A DNA stretch of 64,000 nucleotides, taken from the NCBI GenBank assembly GCA_965223335.1, contig OZ244991.1, positions 1,504,001 to 1,568,000 on the forward strand. Direction: 5' to 3'. The position numbers and the translations under genes are program-made. Below, piece after piece: positions 20,168 to 34,257 of the stretch. Below the pieces are notes generated by a model, which worked only from the letters and a program-made list of their open reading frames with translations, was not told where the DNA came from and did no database searches. The first letter of the stretch is position 1; every line of letters begins with the position of its first letter. The DNA is from Thermodesulfobacteriota bacterium. GTDB taxonomy: Bacteria > Desulfobacterota_D > UBA1144 > Nemesobacterales > UBA2774.

Positions 20168-21229
20168 GTGCCTAATGAAGTGAGATTTACTATAGAGCCT
20201 AGAGAGATAACCAATTCATTCTATGACTTAATTGATTCTTATATGTCTAGAATTGGATACAAAGTGCGGACTGAAGATCCTAATGGAGATTTGTCCTCTG
20301 CTTCTTTACTAATTCATAAAGGGAAAGAACACGATTTCGTTCAACAAGAATGGCCCCCTTATGATTACGAATTTAGTAAAGATGACAGCTTTAAATGTAC
20401 ATTTACCCCCAGTGGCAAAAGAGATGTTGGCAACTTATTTACTATGTATGTGACTTTGGACGTTGCTTTCTGTGACAAAATGATTATGTCAAGAATAGAA
20501 TTACTCACACGGATACACTATTCATACAGAGGGCCTTATAATGAAATGGATATAGACACTATCCACCGACTTCTCAAATTAGCAGCTTTGGTCCATGAGG
20601 ATTTTAAATCCTCCGAAACTAAATGTTTTGAGAAGCATGCAGATGAACCGTGGTTAACATTCCGTACTACAGAACACATTCCTCATATTAATTTTGAACC
20701 TTACGAAATCAGCAAAGGCGCTTCATTTAGAGAATGGCTTTTAAACCCTGATATTATAATAGACTATTATTCACCAAATGTTAGACCATCTATGGATTCC
20801 CCATGGAACCCAAAGTTACCCTTTAATTACGATACCAAACATAATGAGTACCATCTGATCTATGACGATAATACAGGGACAGAACATTGTGCTTTAGTAC
20901 GCAATGACCTCACATTTGGAGCTTGCAAGCTACCTGAGTCCTCAAGGGATAAGCTGTACGACTATCCCAGTGATGAAGAAAAACAACGGATGAGGACTCT
21001 TGCATGGACATCCATGAGCTTAAAAGATGTGATTAAACAACTTGGCGAACCCCAGATTGTACTGCCAAGTGTCAGATACACGGATGAATATTCTCGTTCT
21101 GACCGAGATATCAACGGGCAAATATGCTATACAGAGCTTCTGCCAACTAGCGTGCCTATATTTCGTGAGTATAAAAACGGATTAATAACAGTCGTTTACG
21201 CGGGCAAACAAAAAATGGAGAGTGTTTAG
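20168..21229 (+). CDS. hypothetical AT-rich orphan protein (353 aa)
   Basis: Long open frame with GAGGTG SD; no recognisable family; 35% GC in a 60-nt spot count (20221-20280). Confidence 0.7.
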   Translation: MPNEVRFTIEPREITNSFYDLIDSYMSRIGYKVRTEDPNGDLSSASLLIHKGKEHDFVQQEWPPYDYEFSKDDSFKCTFTPSGKRDVGNLFTMYVTLDVAFCDKMIMSRIELLTRIHYSYRGPYNEMDIDTIHRLLKLAALVHEDFKSSETKCFEKHADEPWLTFRTTEHIPHINFEPYEISKGASFREWLLNPDIIIDYYSPNVRPSMDSPWNPKLPFNYDTKHNEYHLIYDDNTGTEHCALVRNDLTFGACKLPESSRDKLYDYPSDEEKQRMRTLAWTSMSLKDVIKQLGEPQIVLPSVRYTDEYSRSDRDINGQICYTELLPTSVPIFREYKNGLITVVYAGKQKMESV

Positions 21230-21238
21230 GTTTGTGCC

Positions 21239-22036
21239 TCAGCACTCGGCCTGGTCGTACTCGTCTACGTCGTTAATTTCGCCTGTGCCATTGCAGAGCT
21301 GACACGACGGGTCTTTCTTCACATTCACCACATTAAAAGACATCTTGAGTGCGTTAAACATCAGTAGTTTTCCGCTAAGCGATTCCCCGATCTGGAGTAA
21401 TTCTTTTATGGTCTCTACCGCCTGCATTGTACCGATTATCCCGGCCACGGCACCCAGTATGCCTGCCTCCTGGCAGTTGGGCATTGTACCTACGGGTGGG
21501 ATCTCGGGATATAAACAGCGGTAGCAAGCACTGCCAGCGTGGGGTTTAAACACCGCTACCTGACCCTCGAATTGGAATATGGCTCCGGACACAAGTGTCT
21601 TTTTTTCGAAGTAGCACGCATCGTTTATCAGATAGCGCGTTTGGAAATTATCGGTGCCGTCCACAACAATATCAAAATCACTTATGATGCTCCGTATGTT
21701 GTGTTTAGTGATTCTCTCTTTGTGCTCAATGATGTTAACGTCTGGGTTTAGTTTCTCGAGTTTTTCACGGGCCGAGTGGGTTTTGGATTTTCCTATGTCA
21801 TCGGTCGAGTGGATCACCTGGCGATGGAGGTTGGATATATCGACCTGGTCCGAGTCGGCAATCCCTATAGTGCCTACACCGGCTCCTGCCAGATAAAGTG
21901 CGATCGGCGAGCCTAAGCCACCCACTCCCACACAAAACACCTTGGATTTTAGAAGCTGCTGCTGCCCTATACCACCTACCTCGGGCAGTATGATGTGTCG
22001 GCTGTATCTATATATCTGTTCTTCGGTTAAGTCCAA
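21239..22036 (-). CDS. moeB: MoeB/ThiF/HesA E1-like adenylyltransferase (no rhodanese)
   Basis: RYSRHI, GVGGLG, SNLHRQ, DGTDNF, CYRC, CQLC. Confidence 0.88.
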   Translation of the reverse strand: MDLTEEQIYRYSRHIILPEVGGIGQQQLLKSKVFCVGVGGLGSPIALYLAGAGVGTIGIADSDQVDISNLHRQVIHSTDDIGKSKTHSAREKLEKLNPDVNIIEHKERITKHNIRSIISDFDIVVDGTDNFQTRYLINDACYFEKKTLVSGAIFQFEGQVAVFKPHAGSACYRCLYPEIPPVGTMPNCQEAGILGAVAGIIGTMQAVETIKELLQIGESLSGKLLMFNALKMSFNVVNVKKDPSCQLCNGTGEINDVDEYDQAEC

Positions 22037-22050
22037 AACGTTCCACCTCG

Positions 22051-22467
22051 TTATTCTTCTACCACTTTGATTTCTTCTTCTATAAAGCCGCCGTCAAATT
22101 CCTCGAGTACCCATCCCCTGGCGTCATTAAACTTACCACTGTTTATAGAATAAATAATATACACCCAATCCGGCCATGCCCTAACTCTATCGGTCTCGGA
22201 CGGGAGTGAGGGGTGGTCGGGATGAGTATGGTAAATGCCGAGTATCTCAAGTCCCTTTTCCCTGGCCCATTCATCTGCTTCGTTAAACGAGATGGGGTCG
22301 AGTTCATAACGGTCGTGTGCACGCTCGGTGTTTAGGTTCCGGCAGATCTTATAGTCCGTGATCTTTCCATTGTTGCCAATCAATACACCGCATACCTCGT
22401 GCGGGAACCCTGATTCCCCATGCTCTATGATGCCCTTGTGGGCCGACTTTGCGATCTCTACCACCAC
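22051..22467 (-). CDS. mec: JAMM/M67 metallopeptidase (Mec-like)
   Basis: PHEVCG and HTHPDHPSLPSETD (HxH-x7-S-x2-D). Confidence 0.88.
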   Translation of the reverse strand: MVVEIAKSAHKGIIEHGESGFPHEVCGVLIGNNGKITDYKICRNLNTERAHDRYELDPISFNEADEWAREKGLEILGIYHTHPDHPSLPSETDRVRAWPDWVYIIYSINSGKFNDARGWVLEEFDGGFIEEEIKVVEE

Positions 22468-23405
22468 AGTTCTCCACTTAAGTAACGATAGCCCCCGTCG
22501 GGAAGCACAGTGACAAACACGCCCTCATCCACCCTGCTTGCGTATTCGAGCGTAGCGTATGCGACTGCTCCGCCCGAGTGGCCCACAAATATACCCTCTT
22601 TGGTAAGCAGTTCTCTCATAGTGTCGTATGCGTTTTCCGTAGACACTCGCACAGATTCATCGGGGAAAGACGCATTGAAAATTCCAGGTACGATCGATGT
22701 GGGCATGTGTTTCATTCCCTCTAGACCGTGCAGTGCCTCTTCCGGTTCGATAGAGACCGTCACGATGTCGGGATTAAACTCTTTTAGCCTCTTGCTAGTA
22801 CCCATAAAAGTGCCGCTTGTGCCGAGTCCGGCGAGGAAGTGGGTAATGCGCCCCTGGGTCTGCTCCCATATCTCTACCGCTGTGGTCTCGTAATGGGACC
22901 TCGGGTTCTCGGGGTTATTGTACTGGTCTGGCATAAAGTATTTATCGGGGTTTTCTTCCTTTAATTTTCTGGCCAAGCGGATTGCCCCGTCAGAACCCTC
23001 TAGTGGGTCCGAATAGATTATCTCGGCACCATAAGCATGGAGCGCCTGTTTACGCTCTACATTTATATTGAGTGGTGTGACCAGCTCTACCTTGTATCCC
23101 ATTGCGGCACCGATCATTGCATAGGCGATGGCGGTGTTACCCGAGGACGAGTCCATCAATATCTTGTCGTCGGTGAGCTCGCCTTTTCGAATGCCCTCTT
23201 GGATCATTCGCAGTGCGGGTCTGTCTTTAACCGAACCGCCCGGGTTAAACCACTCGGCCTTGGCATAGACCTCTACCTTGGGGCTTAGCGTGTCTCTAAT
23301 TCGCGAGAGCTTAATAAGCGGAGTGTTGCCTATTAAGTCTACTATAGAGTTAGCCCGTCTCACGCGAGATGCGGGAGTATGTGATTTTGCAGTGGACAGT
23401 TCCAT
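22458..23405 (-). CDS. cysM: PLP cysteine synthase, CysM-type
   Basis: IGNTPL, NPGGSVKDR, SSGNT, QYNN, GTSGT, PDGGYRYLS. Confidence 0.88.
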   Translation of the reverse strand: MELSTAKSHTPASRVRRANSIVDLIGNTPLIKLSRIRDTLSPKVEVYAKAEWFNPGGSVKDRPALRMIQEGIRKGELTDDKILMDSSSGNTAIAYAMIGAAMGYKVELVTPLNINVERKQALHAYGAEIIYSDPLEGSDGAIRLARKLKEENPDKYFMPDQYNNPENPRSHYETTAVEIWEQTQGRITHFLAGLGTSGTFMGTSKRLKEFNPDIVTVSIEPEEALHGLEGMKHMPTSIVPGIFNASFPDESVRVSTENAYDTMRELLTKEGIFVGHSGGAVAYATLEYASRVDEGVFVTVLPDGGYRYLSGELWW

Positions 23406-23638
23406 CAACAGCGCTCTATTAGAATTTTGTATACGTCTTCTGTGTCCTGGCGGATCTCGAGTATCTTATGTCCCTCTTCCTTAATGGCCATCGGAACGTT
23501 TGTAAGCGGCTCGCCTTTTCTGAGCGTTACCTCGAGTATCTCACCGGGCGTCATGGTCTCTAGCTTGAGTTTGGTCTTGACGTAAGTCATGGGGCAAATC
23601 TCTTTTGTTATATCGATGCTTGCATTGCTGTTACTCAT
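23405..23638 (-). CDS. tusA: TusA/SirA family sulfur-carrier protein
   Basis: IDITKEICPMTYVKTKLKLE; GGGAG SD before ATG 23638; TGATG overlap with cysM. Confidence 0.85.
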   Translation of the reverse strand: MSNSNASIDITKEICPMTYVKTKLKLETMTPGEILEVTLRKGEPLTNVPMAIKEEGHKILEIRQDTEDVYKILIERC

Positions 23639-23765
23639 ACATTCACTCCCGAGCAACTACCCCTTAAAACCTTAAATTTATAATAAAGAAGATAAGATAA
23701 GGTTACCATATAGGTCTTGTTGCCACAATGCAGAGTCTCTGCGATCAATGGCAGGCCTCAGGTAC

Positions 23766-23906
23766 TCAATCTTCTATCTCTACATCTATTATTTCGCCTT
23801 CCTCACGGTTATCGGGCCGACGCGGCGGTATCTGTTCCCTTTTTACCGACAGCCTTCCCAGCCAAAATACAAACCCCAGTATTGCGAGTACGATTAGTAT
23901 CTTCAT
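23766..23906 (-). CDS. 46-aa single-TM small protein
   Basis: MKILIVLAILGFVFWLGRLSVKREQIPPRRPDNREEGEIIDVEIED*; TATACT 8 nt upstream; not in the ORF track. Confidence 0.65.
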   Translation of the reverse strand: MKILIVLAILGFVFWLGRLSVKREQIPPRRPDNREEGEIIDVEIED

Positions 23907-23954
23907 ATTGTTTCAGTATAGATAAATAATGTACGGGATGGATTCATAAATGCA

Positions 23955-24656
23955 CTATTTGCCGTTTTTGATGCTTGCTATCACTGACTCGAATATGAGC
24001 CTCCCATCAGCACCACCCATTAGCTCCTCGGAGCAGCGTTCGGGGTGGGGCATCATCCCTACCACGTTACCCTGCTTATTACAGAGCGCTGCGATGTTGT
24101 CGGCTGAGCCGTTTGGGTTCGACTCCTCGTTTATATTGCCATCTGAATCGCAGTACCTAAACACGACCTGTTCGTTTTTATCAAGTGTCGCGAGTTTATC
24201 ATGAGTCCAAAAGTAATTACCTTCCCCATGTGCAATGGGGATCTTAAGCACATCACCCTGGTTCATTAGATTGGTAAAGCTTGTCTCGTTGTTCTCTATC
24301 CTTACATGCACCCATTTGCATACGAATTTGAGCGACGCGTTTTTCATAAGCGATCCGGGCAAGAGGCCGCACTCGACAAGTACCTGGAACCCGTTGCATA
24401 TGCCTATCACAGGCTTACCCTCGGCCGCAAACTGTTTTACGGCAGACATGATTGGTGAGAGCTGTGCAATGGAACCGCTACGCAGGTAATCTCCGTACGA
24501 AAACCCGCCGGGTATTACAATACAGTCGAACCTCTCAACATCTGTCTCCTCGTGCCACACAAACTCACAGCCCTGCCCCAGCACTTTTTTTAGCACGTGG
24601 TAACAGTCGTGATCACAGTTGGATCCGGGGAATACAACAACTCCGAAATTGGGCAT
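23955..24656 (-). CDS. purQ: FGAM synthase glutaminase subunit
   Basis: [38 protein letters not shown]. Confidence 0.96.
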   Translation of the reverse strand: MPNFGVVVFPGSNCDHDCYHVLKKVLGQGCEFVWHEETDVERFDCIVIPGGFSYGDYLRSGSIAQLSPIMSAVKQFAAEGKPVIGICNGFQVLVECGLLPGSLMKNASLKFVCKWVHVRIENNETSFTNLMNQGDVLKIPIAHGEGNYFWTHDKLATLDKNEQVVFRYCDSDGNINEESNPNGSADNIAALCNKQGNVVGMMPHPERCSEELMGGADGRLIFESVIASIKNGK

Positions 24657-24660
24657 GTGG

Positions 24661-24909
24661 TTACTCTATATTAATGGAATAGTCCTCAATCACCGGGTTA
24701 GCCAATAGCTTTCCACACATCTCGTCCACGCGCGATCTCACCGTGTCTTCATCGGTGTCTCGTATGTCGAGCTCTATCAGCTTGCCGATCCTGGTGTCCT
24801 CCACCTCGTCGTAGCCCAGGTTCTTAAGTGCTGCAAGCACGGTTTTGCCCTGGGGGTCGAGCACCACGGGTTTTAGTTTTATCTCTATCTTTACCTTATA
24901 GTCTTTCAT
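24661..24909 (-). CDS. purS: FGAM synthase subunit PurS
   Basis: [16 protein letters not shown]. Confidence 0.94.
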   Translation of the reverse strand: MKDYKVKIEIKLKPVVLDPQGKTVLAALKNLGYDEVEDTRIGKLIELDIRDTDEDTVRSRVDEMCGKLLANPVIEDYSINIE

Positions 24910-24920
24910 GATTCTTCCTA

Positions 24921-25757
24921 TTATCTGCTTGTAAGAATTTCGTATAGACGTTCAAGCTCCTCGGTGGAATGATACTCTATCTCGATCTTGCCTTTCCCGT
25001 TTTTATCGTTAATTCGTACTCGTGTGCCGAGCGAGCTTGTAAGCCGGTCCACAATCTCTTTTATTTCTCCCGAGACCTGAGTGCCAGACTTAGCCGCAGG
25101 TTTCCGAGTCCTCTTTTTTTGTATAAGAGCCTCAGTGTGCCGGACGTTTAGCTTTTGTTTCCTTATTGTGTTTAGAAGGGTTTTTCTCTCGGCCTCGGTC
25201 TCTAGCGCCAGTATTGCACGTGCATGACCGGGAGTGATCTCGCCCGAGACGAGTGCCTCTTTGGCTTCGTCCGAGAGTTTCAACAACCTTATCTGGTTTG
25301 TGATAGACGACCTGTTTTTACCCAGCTCTTTTCCGATCTCTTCGTGTGTGAGTCCGTACTCATTCATAAGCTGTTCGTATGCAATGGCTTCCTCAATGGG
25401 GTTTAGGTCCTCGCGCTGCAGGTTTTCTATGAGTGCAAGCTCGAAGGCCTCTTTGTCCGATACATCCTTTAATATGACTGGAACTTTCTTAATACCTGCA
25501 AGCTGTGCGGCACGCCACCTTCGTTCGCCCGCTATCAGTTCGTATCCCTCGGAGGTTTTGCGTACGATTAAGGGCTGTACCACACCTTTTTCTTTTATGG
25601 AGTCAGAGAGCTCTTTAATCGATTTGATGTCGAACTCTTTACGTGGTTGGGTGTGGCTGGGTTTGATTTCCTGGATACCGGCCAGAAAAAATCCCGCGCC
25701 GGTCTCTTCTGTGGGAATAAGCGAGTCGAGCCCTCTACCCAGCGTAGCTTTTTTCAA
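24921..25757 (-). CDS. parB: chromosome partitioning protein ParB (likely TTG start at 25757)
   Basis: [38 protein letters not shown]. Confidence 0.94.
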   Translation of the reverse strand: MKKATLGRGLDSLIPTEETGAGFFLAGIQEIKPSHTQPRKEFDIKSIKELSDSIKEKGVVQPLIVRKTSEGYELIAGERRWRAAQLAGIKKVPVILKDVSDKEAFELALIENLQREDLNPIEEAIAYEQLMNEYGLTHEEIGKELGKNRSSITNQIRLLKLSDEAKEALVSGEITPGHARAILALETEAERKTLLNTIRKQKLNVRHTEALIQKKRTRKPAAKSGTQVSGEIKEIVDRLTSSLGTRVRINDKNGKGKIEIEYHSTEELERLYEILTSR

Positions 25758-26544
25758 ACTTCTCCCCCGTCTGATTTTTGGCAATGATCTCTTGAGCTAG
25801 CGAGAGATAGCATTTAGCCCCCGTGGATTTAATGTCGTAGAGTATGACCGGTTTTCCATAGCTGGGGGACTCTGCGAGTCTAACGTTTCTTTGAATCATT
25901 GTCCTGAAAGTTTCTTCTCTGAAGTAGCCTTTTATCTCATCCGCTACAACGTGGCATATATTATTCCTGGAATCAAACATTGTAAGCAAATATCCCTCGA
26001 CACCAAGCTCGGGGTTTAGCCTCTGGCGTATTAACGAGACCGTGCGTTTAAGCTGTCCTAACCCCTCCATGGCATAGTACTCACACTGTACCGGTATTAG
26101 TACTGAGTCCGATGCGGTGAGTGCGTTTACGGTTAAGAGACTTAGCGACGGCGGGCAGTCGATCAGTATGTAGTCATAGTAATTTCTGACAGCGTCTATG
26201 GCCTCTTTCAGTTTCCACTCCCGATTGGGAAAACTTATAAGCTCGACCTCGGCACCGCTTAGGTCGGGGTTGGCGGGAGCAAGGTGTAGGTATCCATTAA
26301 AATTCTCGCGGTCAATATCAATTATGACTTCGTCAATGGCACACTCACCAATTATTGCATTGTATATTGTTCTAGAGGTGTTCTCTTTATCGATTCCCAC
26401 CCCGCTTGTGGCATTGGCCTGTGGGTCGAAATCTACAATAAGTGTTTTCTTGTGCGCCACCGCAAGCGATGCCCCCAGATTAATAACGGTAGTGGTCTTC
26501 CCCACCCCACCTTTTTGGTTTGCAATGCTTATGACTTTTCCCAT
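25735..26544 (-). CDS. parA: chromosome partitioning ATPase ParA/Soj
   Basis: [35 protein letters not shown]. Confidence 0.95.
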   Translation of the reverse strand: MGKVISIANQKGGVGKTTTVINLGASLAVAHKKTLIVDFDPQANATSGVGIDKENTSRTIYNAIIGECAIDEVIIDIDRENFNGYLHLAPANPDLSGAEVELISFPNREWKLKEAIDAVRNYYDYILIDCPPSLSLLTVNALTASDSVLIPVQCEYYAMEGLGQLKRTVSLIRQRLNPELGVEGYLLTMFDSRNNICHVVADEIKGYFREETFRTMIQRNVRLAESPSYGKPVILYDIKSTGAKCYLSLAQEIIAKNQTGEKFEKSYAG

Positions 26545-26757
26545 ATTCAGTAGATCATCTCATCCCAAATAATTAATGGTGAATAAGAATATCAACAAGT
26601 TTCATCCGGTTGAAATCGCAACTATAACTAAGGAGCCAACCCCTTGTGACGGCTACTTGAGTAATAATCATATTATCCTCAATTAAAACCATGTGCAAGG
26701 CTGATTTGGGGCCCGGCAATGAGAATGTCTGGAGTCTAATTAGGCTCTAAAAATTAG

Positions 26758-26881
26758 TTGAATACCCACCTTTTATTTGCTAATATATATAATGGGGTTT
26801 TAGCCCTCTTGGGGCTTTAATCGGGGCTTGAGCTTATTTAAAAATAAGTTCTTGACATCCAATTGATTTGCTATATATTAT
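26758..26881 (+). promoter_or_regulatory. tandem rRNA promoters P1 (TTGAAT-17-TAATAT) and P2 (TTGACA-16/18-TATATT/TATTAT)
   Basis: P1 26758-26786, P2 26852-26881, AT-rich upstream tracts; boxA-like GTTCTTTGAAA near 26910. Confidence 0.6.
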
Positions 26882-26976
26882 AACCCTCTTCAAGTTTTTG
26901 AAGTTACTTGTTCTTTGAAAATTAAATAGCAGATACGCGGGCTATGGATGAACCAAGCAATTCTTTTTCTATAAGT

Positions 26977-28541
<1,565 letters not shown>

Positions 28542-28643
28542 TTCGGAGAAAATGCTTGTTACTCTTGCGTTCGACGTATCTGCTATTCAATTTTGGTGCT
28601 CTCATGGGTATCAAGTGGAGTCAGCTAAAGAGGTGCTCTTGAT

Positions 28644-28720
<77 letters not shown>

Positions 28721-28787
28721 TAGATTTATTTAACTCTATTGAGTTCTTAATCTGTGGCTGGTTCGCACTATTGTAAATTGTAAATGC

Positions 28788-28861
28788 GGGGGTGTAGCTC
28801 AGTCAGGGAGAGCGCCTGCCTTGCAAGCAGGAGGTCGGCGGTTCGATTCCGCTCACCTCCA
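28788..28861 (+). tRNA. tRNA-Ala(TGC), CCA not encoded
   Basis: GGGGGTGTAGCTCAG...TTGCAAG...GGTTCGATTCC...CACCTCCA. Confidence 0.96.
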
Positions 28862-28989
28862 AATTTGCGATCTATGAGAACACAGAGAGCAAGCGATTTA
28901 ATTATCGCATCGATCTTTGACAATTGTATATTGTGCTGAGTAAAACAAACGCGTCAGTTTTTATGTATGCGGCGATTTTCATACCTTGC

Positions 28990-32004
<3,015 letters not shown>

Positions 32005-32243
32005 GCGAGGTTTGAAAATTTCCGCAAGCGTGAGGATTACTCGGCACAATTTACAATTGGCAAAGATTGTTTTTTTTCTCTTTCAAGATTCCCCTACAAA
32101 TAAATCATGAAAATGTATGAATGCGTGTTATTTGTATGAACACACTGTGTGTATATGATTAACGTCGTGTTAATTTAATTTCAGAATATTCACGAGATGC
32201 ATTATCTTTTATATCTAAATTACAAAGACTACGGAGACAGAGG

Positions 32244-33263
32244 ATGAGTATGAGAAAAGTAGTGCTGATTCCGGGTGACGGGATCGGTCCAAATATAAGC
32301 AGTGCAGTTAAGAAAGTTATCAAGGCCGCAGGGGCAGAGATTGAGTGGGTAGAGCATGTAGCGGGTGTGAGTGCCATAGAGCGGGGATTAGACGTGTTGC
32401 CGCAAGAAACTATAGAGGCTGTGAGGGAGCATAAACTAGCACTGAAAGGGCCTTGCACAACTCCTATAGGCGAGGGTTTTACATCGGTCAACGTACAGAT
32501 TAGAAAGGAGCTCGATCTCTATGCTGCTATACGTCCCGTTAGGAACCTTAGGGGGGTGTATACGAGTTTTAGGGGTGTTGATCTCGTGATAATTCGTGAG
32601 AACACCGAGGGGCTTTACAGCGGGGTTGAGAACACCGTGACACCGGGGGTAGTGATGAGTATGAAGGTTGCCACCGAGAGGGCGTGTGAGAGGATTGCAA
32701 TTAAAGCCTTTGAATATGCGCGCACTCGAGACCGTAAAAAAGTAACGGTTTTTCATAAAGCCAATATAATGAAGTTAACCGACGGTCTATTTATAAGAAA
32801 ATCGAAAGAGGTAAGCCGTAAATATAAAGACATAGAGTACCAAGAGGTCATTATTGATGCAGGTTGTATGAAGCTTGTACAGGACCCGGCCCAGTTCGAT
32901 GTGCTTTTGCTAGAAAACCTCTACGGCGACCTTGTGAGTGATCTATGTGCAGGTTTCGTGGGTGGGTTGGGTGTAGTGCCCGGTGCAAACATAGGCGACC
33001 AAGCTGCGGTCTTTGAAGCTGTCCATGGCTCGGCACCCGATATTGCAGGTAAAAATATTGCCAATCCCTTAGCACTACTTATGTCGGGTGTGATGATGCT
33101 AAATCACATAGCCGAGACCGAGGGAGAAAAGAGCTATTATGAATGCGCCGAAAAAATTAAGAGTGCGTATAACAAAGCGCTTGAGGACGGGGCCACAACC
33201 CGTGACCTAGGTGGCACCTTGGGTACTCAGGAGTTTGCCGACGCAATTATTAAGAGGATGTGA
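32244..33263 (+). CDS. icd: isocitrate/isopropylmalate dehydrogenase family, probably NAD-dependent IDH
   Basis: IPGDGIGP, LKGP, IRENTEGLY, HKANIMK, NLYGDLVSD, EAVHGSAPDIAG. Confidence 0.8.
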   Translation: MSMRKVVLIPGDGIGPNISSAVKKVIKAAGAEIEWVEHVAGVSAIERGLDVLPQETIEAVREHKLALKGPCTTPIGEGFTSVNVQIRKELDLYAAIRPVRNLRGVYTSFRGVDLVIIRENTEGLYSGVENTVTPGVVMSMKVATERACERIAIKAFEYARTRDRKKVTVFHKANIMKLTDGLFIRKSKEVSRKYKDIEYQEVIIDAGCMKLVQDPAQFDVLLLENLYGDLVSDLCAGFVGGLGVVPGANIGDQAAVFEAVHGSAPDIAGKNIANPLALLMSGVMMLNHIAETEGEKSYYECAEKIKSAYNKALEDGATTRDLGGTLGTQEFADAIIKRM

Positions 33264-33292
33264 GTACGGTTCTTAAGGGTTAGTAGTAGTTC

Positions 33293-34249
33293 CTAATCCA
33301 GGTTTTCTTTTAGTACTCTAAGGAAATTGCCACCCATTATCTTGGAAACGAGCTCCTCGCTATAGCCTTTACTCATTAAACAATCTGCTATTTTTGGAAG
33401 ATCGGCTATGCTCCTTAGTTGTTCGGGGAAGTCTTCTATCCTTGCCCCGTCCATATCGCTCCCTAATCCCACATGGTCCTCGCCGCACAGGTTCAATATA
33501 TAATCGGTATGGGCATAGACGTCTTCTAGAGAGGCCGGTTTATCGCTCGTCTTTAGAAAATTGTTATAGAGCACAATACCTATTACTCCGCCTCTGTTGG
33601 ATATTGCTCTTAATTGATCGTCGTATAGGTTTCTCGGGTGGTTCGTGATATTACGGGCGTTTGAGTGGGTAGCGATGGGTATGAGCTCGGTAAGCTCAAT
33701 CGACTGCCAAAAGCAGATCTCGTTTAGATGCGAGAGATCGAGGGTAATGCTGTATTCATTCATCAGGTGTATGAGCTCCACTCCCTGTTCGCTAAGGCCG
33801 TCATTTGACTCATTGCCTGATGCATATCTATTCTTGTTGTTCCATGCGGGGCCGATAATGCGGACCCCCAGTTCGTGGAATTTTTCGAGTTCATCGAGAG
33901 TAGCTATAGAATCGGCCCCTTCCATGAGTGTTAAAAAACCGATCTTGTCCGGGTTTTCCTCGAGCAGAGCCAAATCGCTCTTCGTAATAATCTGCATGAT
34001 CTCATCATCATGAGACTCGTAGAGTTCTTGGTACACAGAAAACTGTTCCTCTGTGGATTTCTCGGTTTTATCCGGTTTGTATTTTGGGTGTATAAAAATT
34101 GTGTTAAATAAGAGCCTTACGTTGCCCTCTTTCAGTTTAGGCAGCGTGATCATGCAGGGTATATCGGGGTCGACAAAATCCCTGTTGAAATAACTCAGGT
34201 GAAATGCAATATCTTGGTGTGCGTCGACTGTAAAAAATTTATTTTCCAT
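33293..34249 (-). CDS. membrane dipeptidase family (peptidase M19)
   Basis: DAHQD, MEGAD, DLSH, ATHSN, HPRNL, GLGSDMDG. Confidence 0.88.
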   Translation of the reverse strand: MENKFFTVDAHQDIAFHLSYFNRDFVDPDIPCMITLPKLKEGNVRLLFNTIFIHPKYKPDKTEKSTEEQFSVYQELYESHDDEIMQIITKSDLALLEENPDKIGFLTLMEGADSIATLDELEKFHELGVRIIGPAWNNKNRYASGNESNDGLSEQGVELIHLMNEYSITLDLSHLNEICFWQSIELTELIPIATHSNARNITNHPRNLYDDQLRAISNRGGVIGIVLYNNFLKTSDKPASLEDVYAHTDYILNLCGEDHVGLGSDMDGARIEDFPEQLRSIADLPKIADCLMSKGYSEELVSKIMGGNFLRVLKENLD

Positions 34250-34257
34250 AATTTAGG

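Noticed and set aside
21239..22467. E1 plus JAMM pair as a CBASS/Bil-type ubiquitin-like antiphage system
   Set aside because: No E2 or CD-NTase; coupling to cysM and tusA and ordinary MoeB/Mec sequences point to sulfur metabolism.
26545..26760. Possible oriC or parS next to parAB (GTTTCATCCGGTTGAAAT near 26598)
   Set aside because: Does not match the parS consensus GTTTCACGTGAAAC spacing; no DnaA-box cluster and no dnaA in the window.
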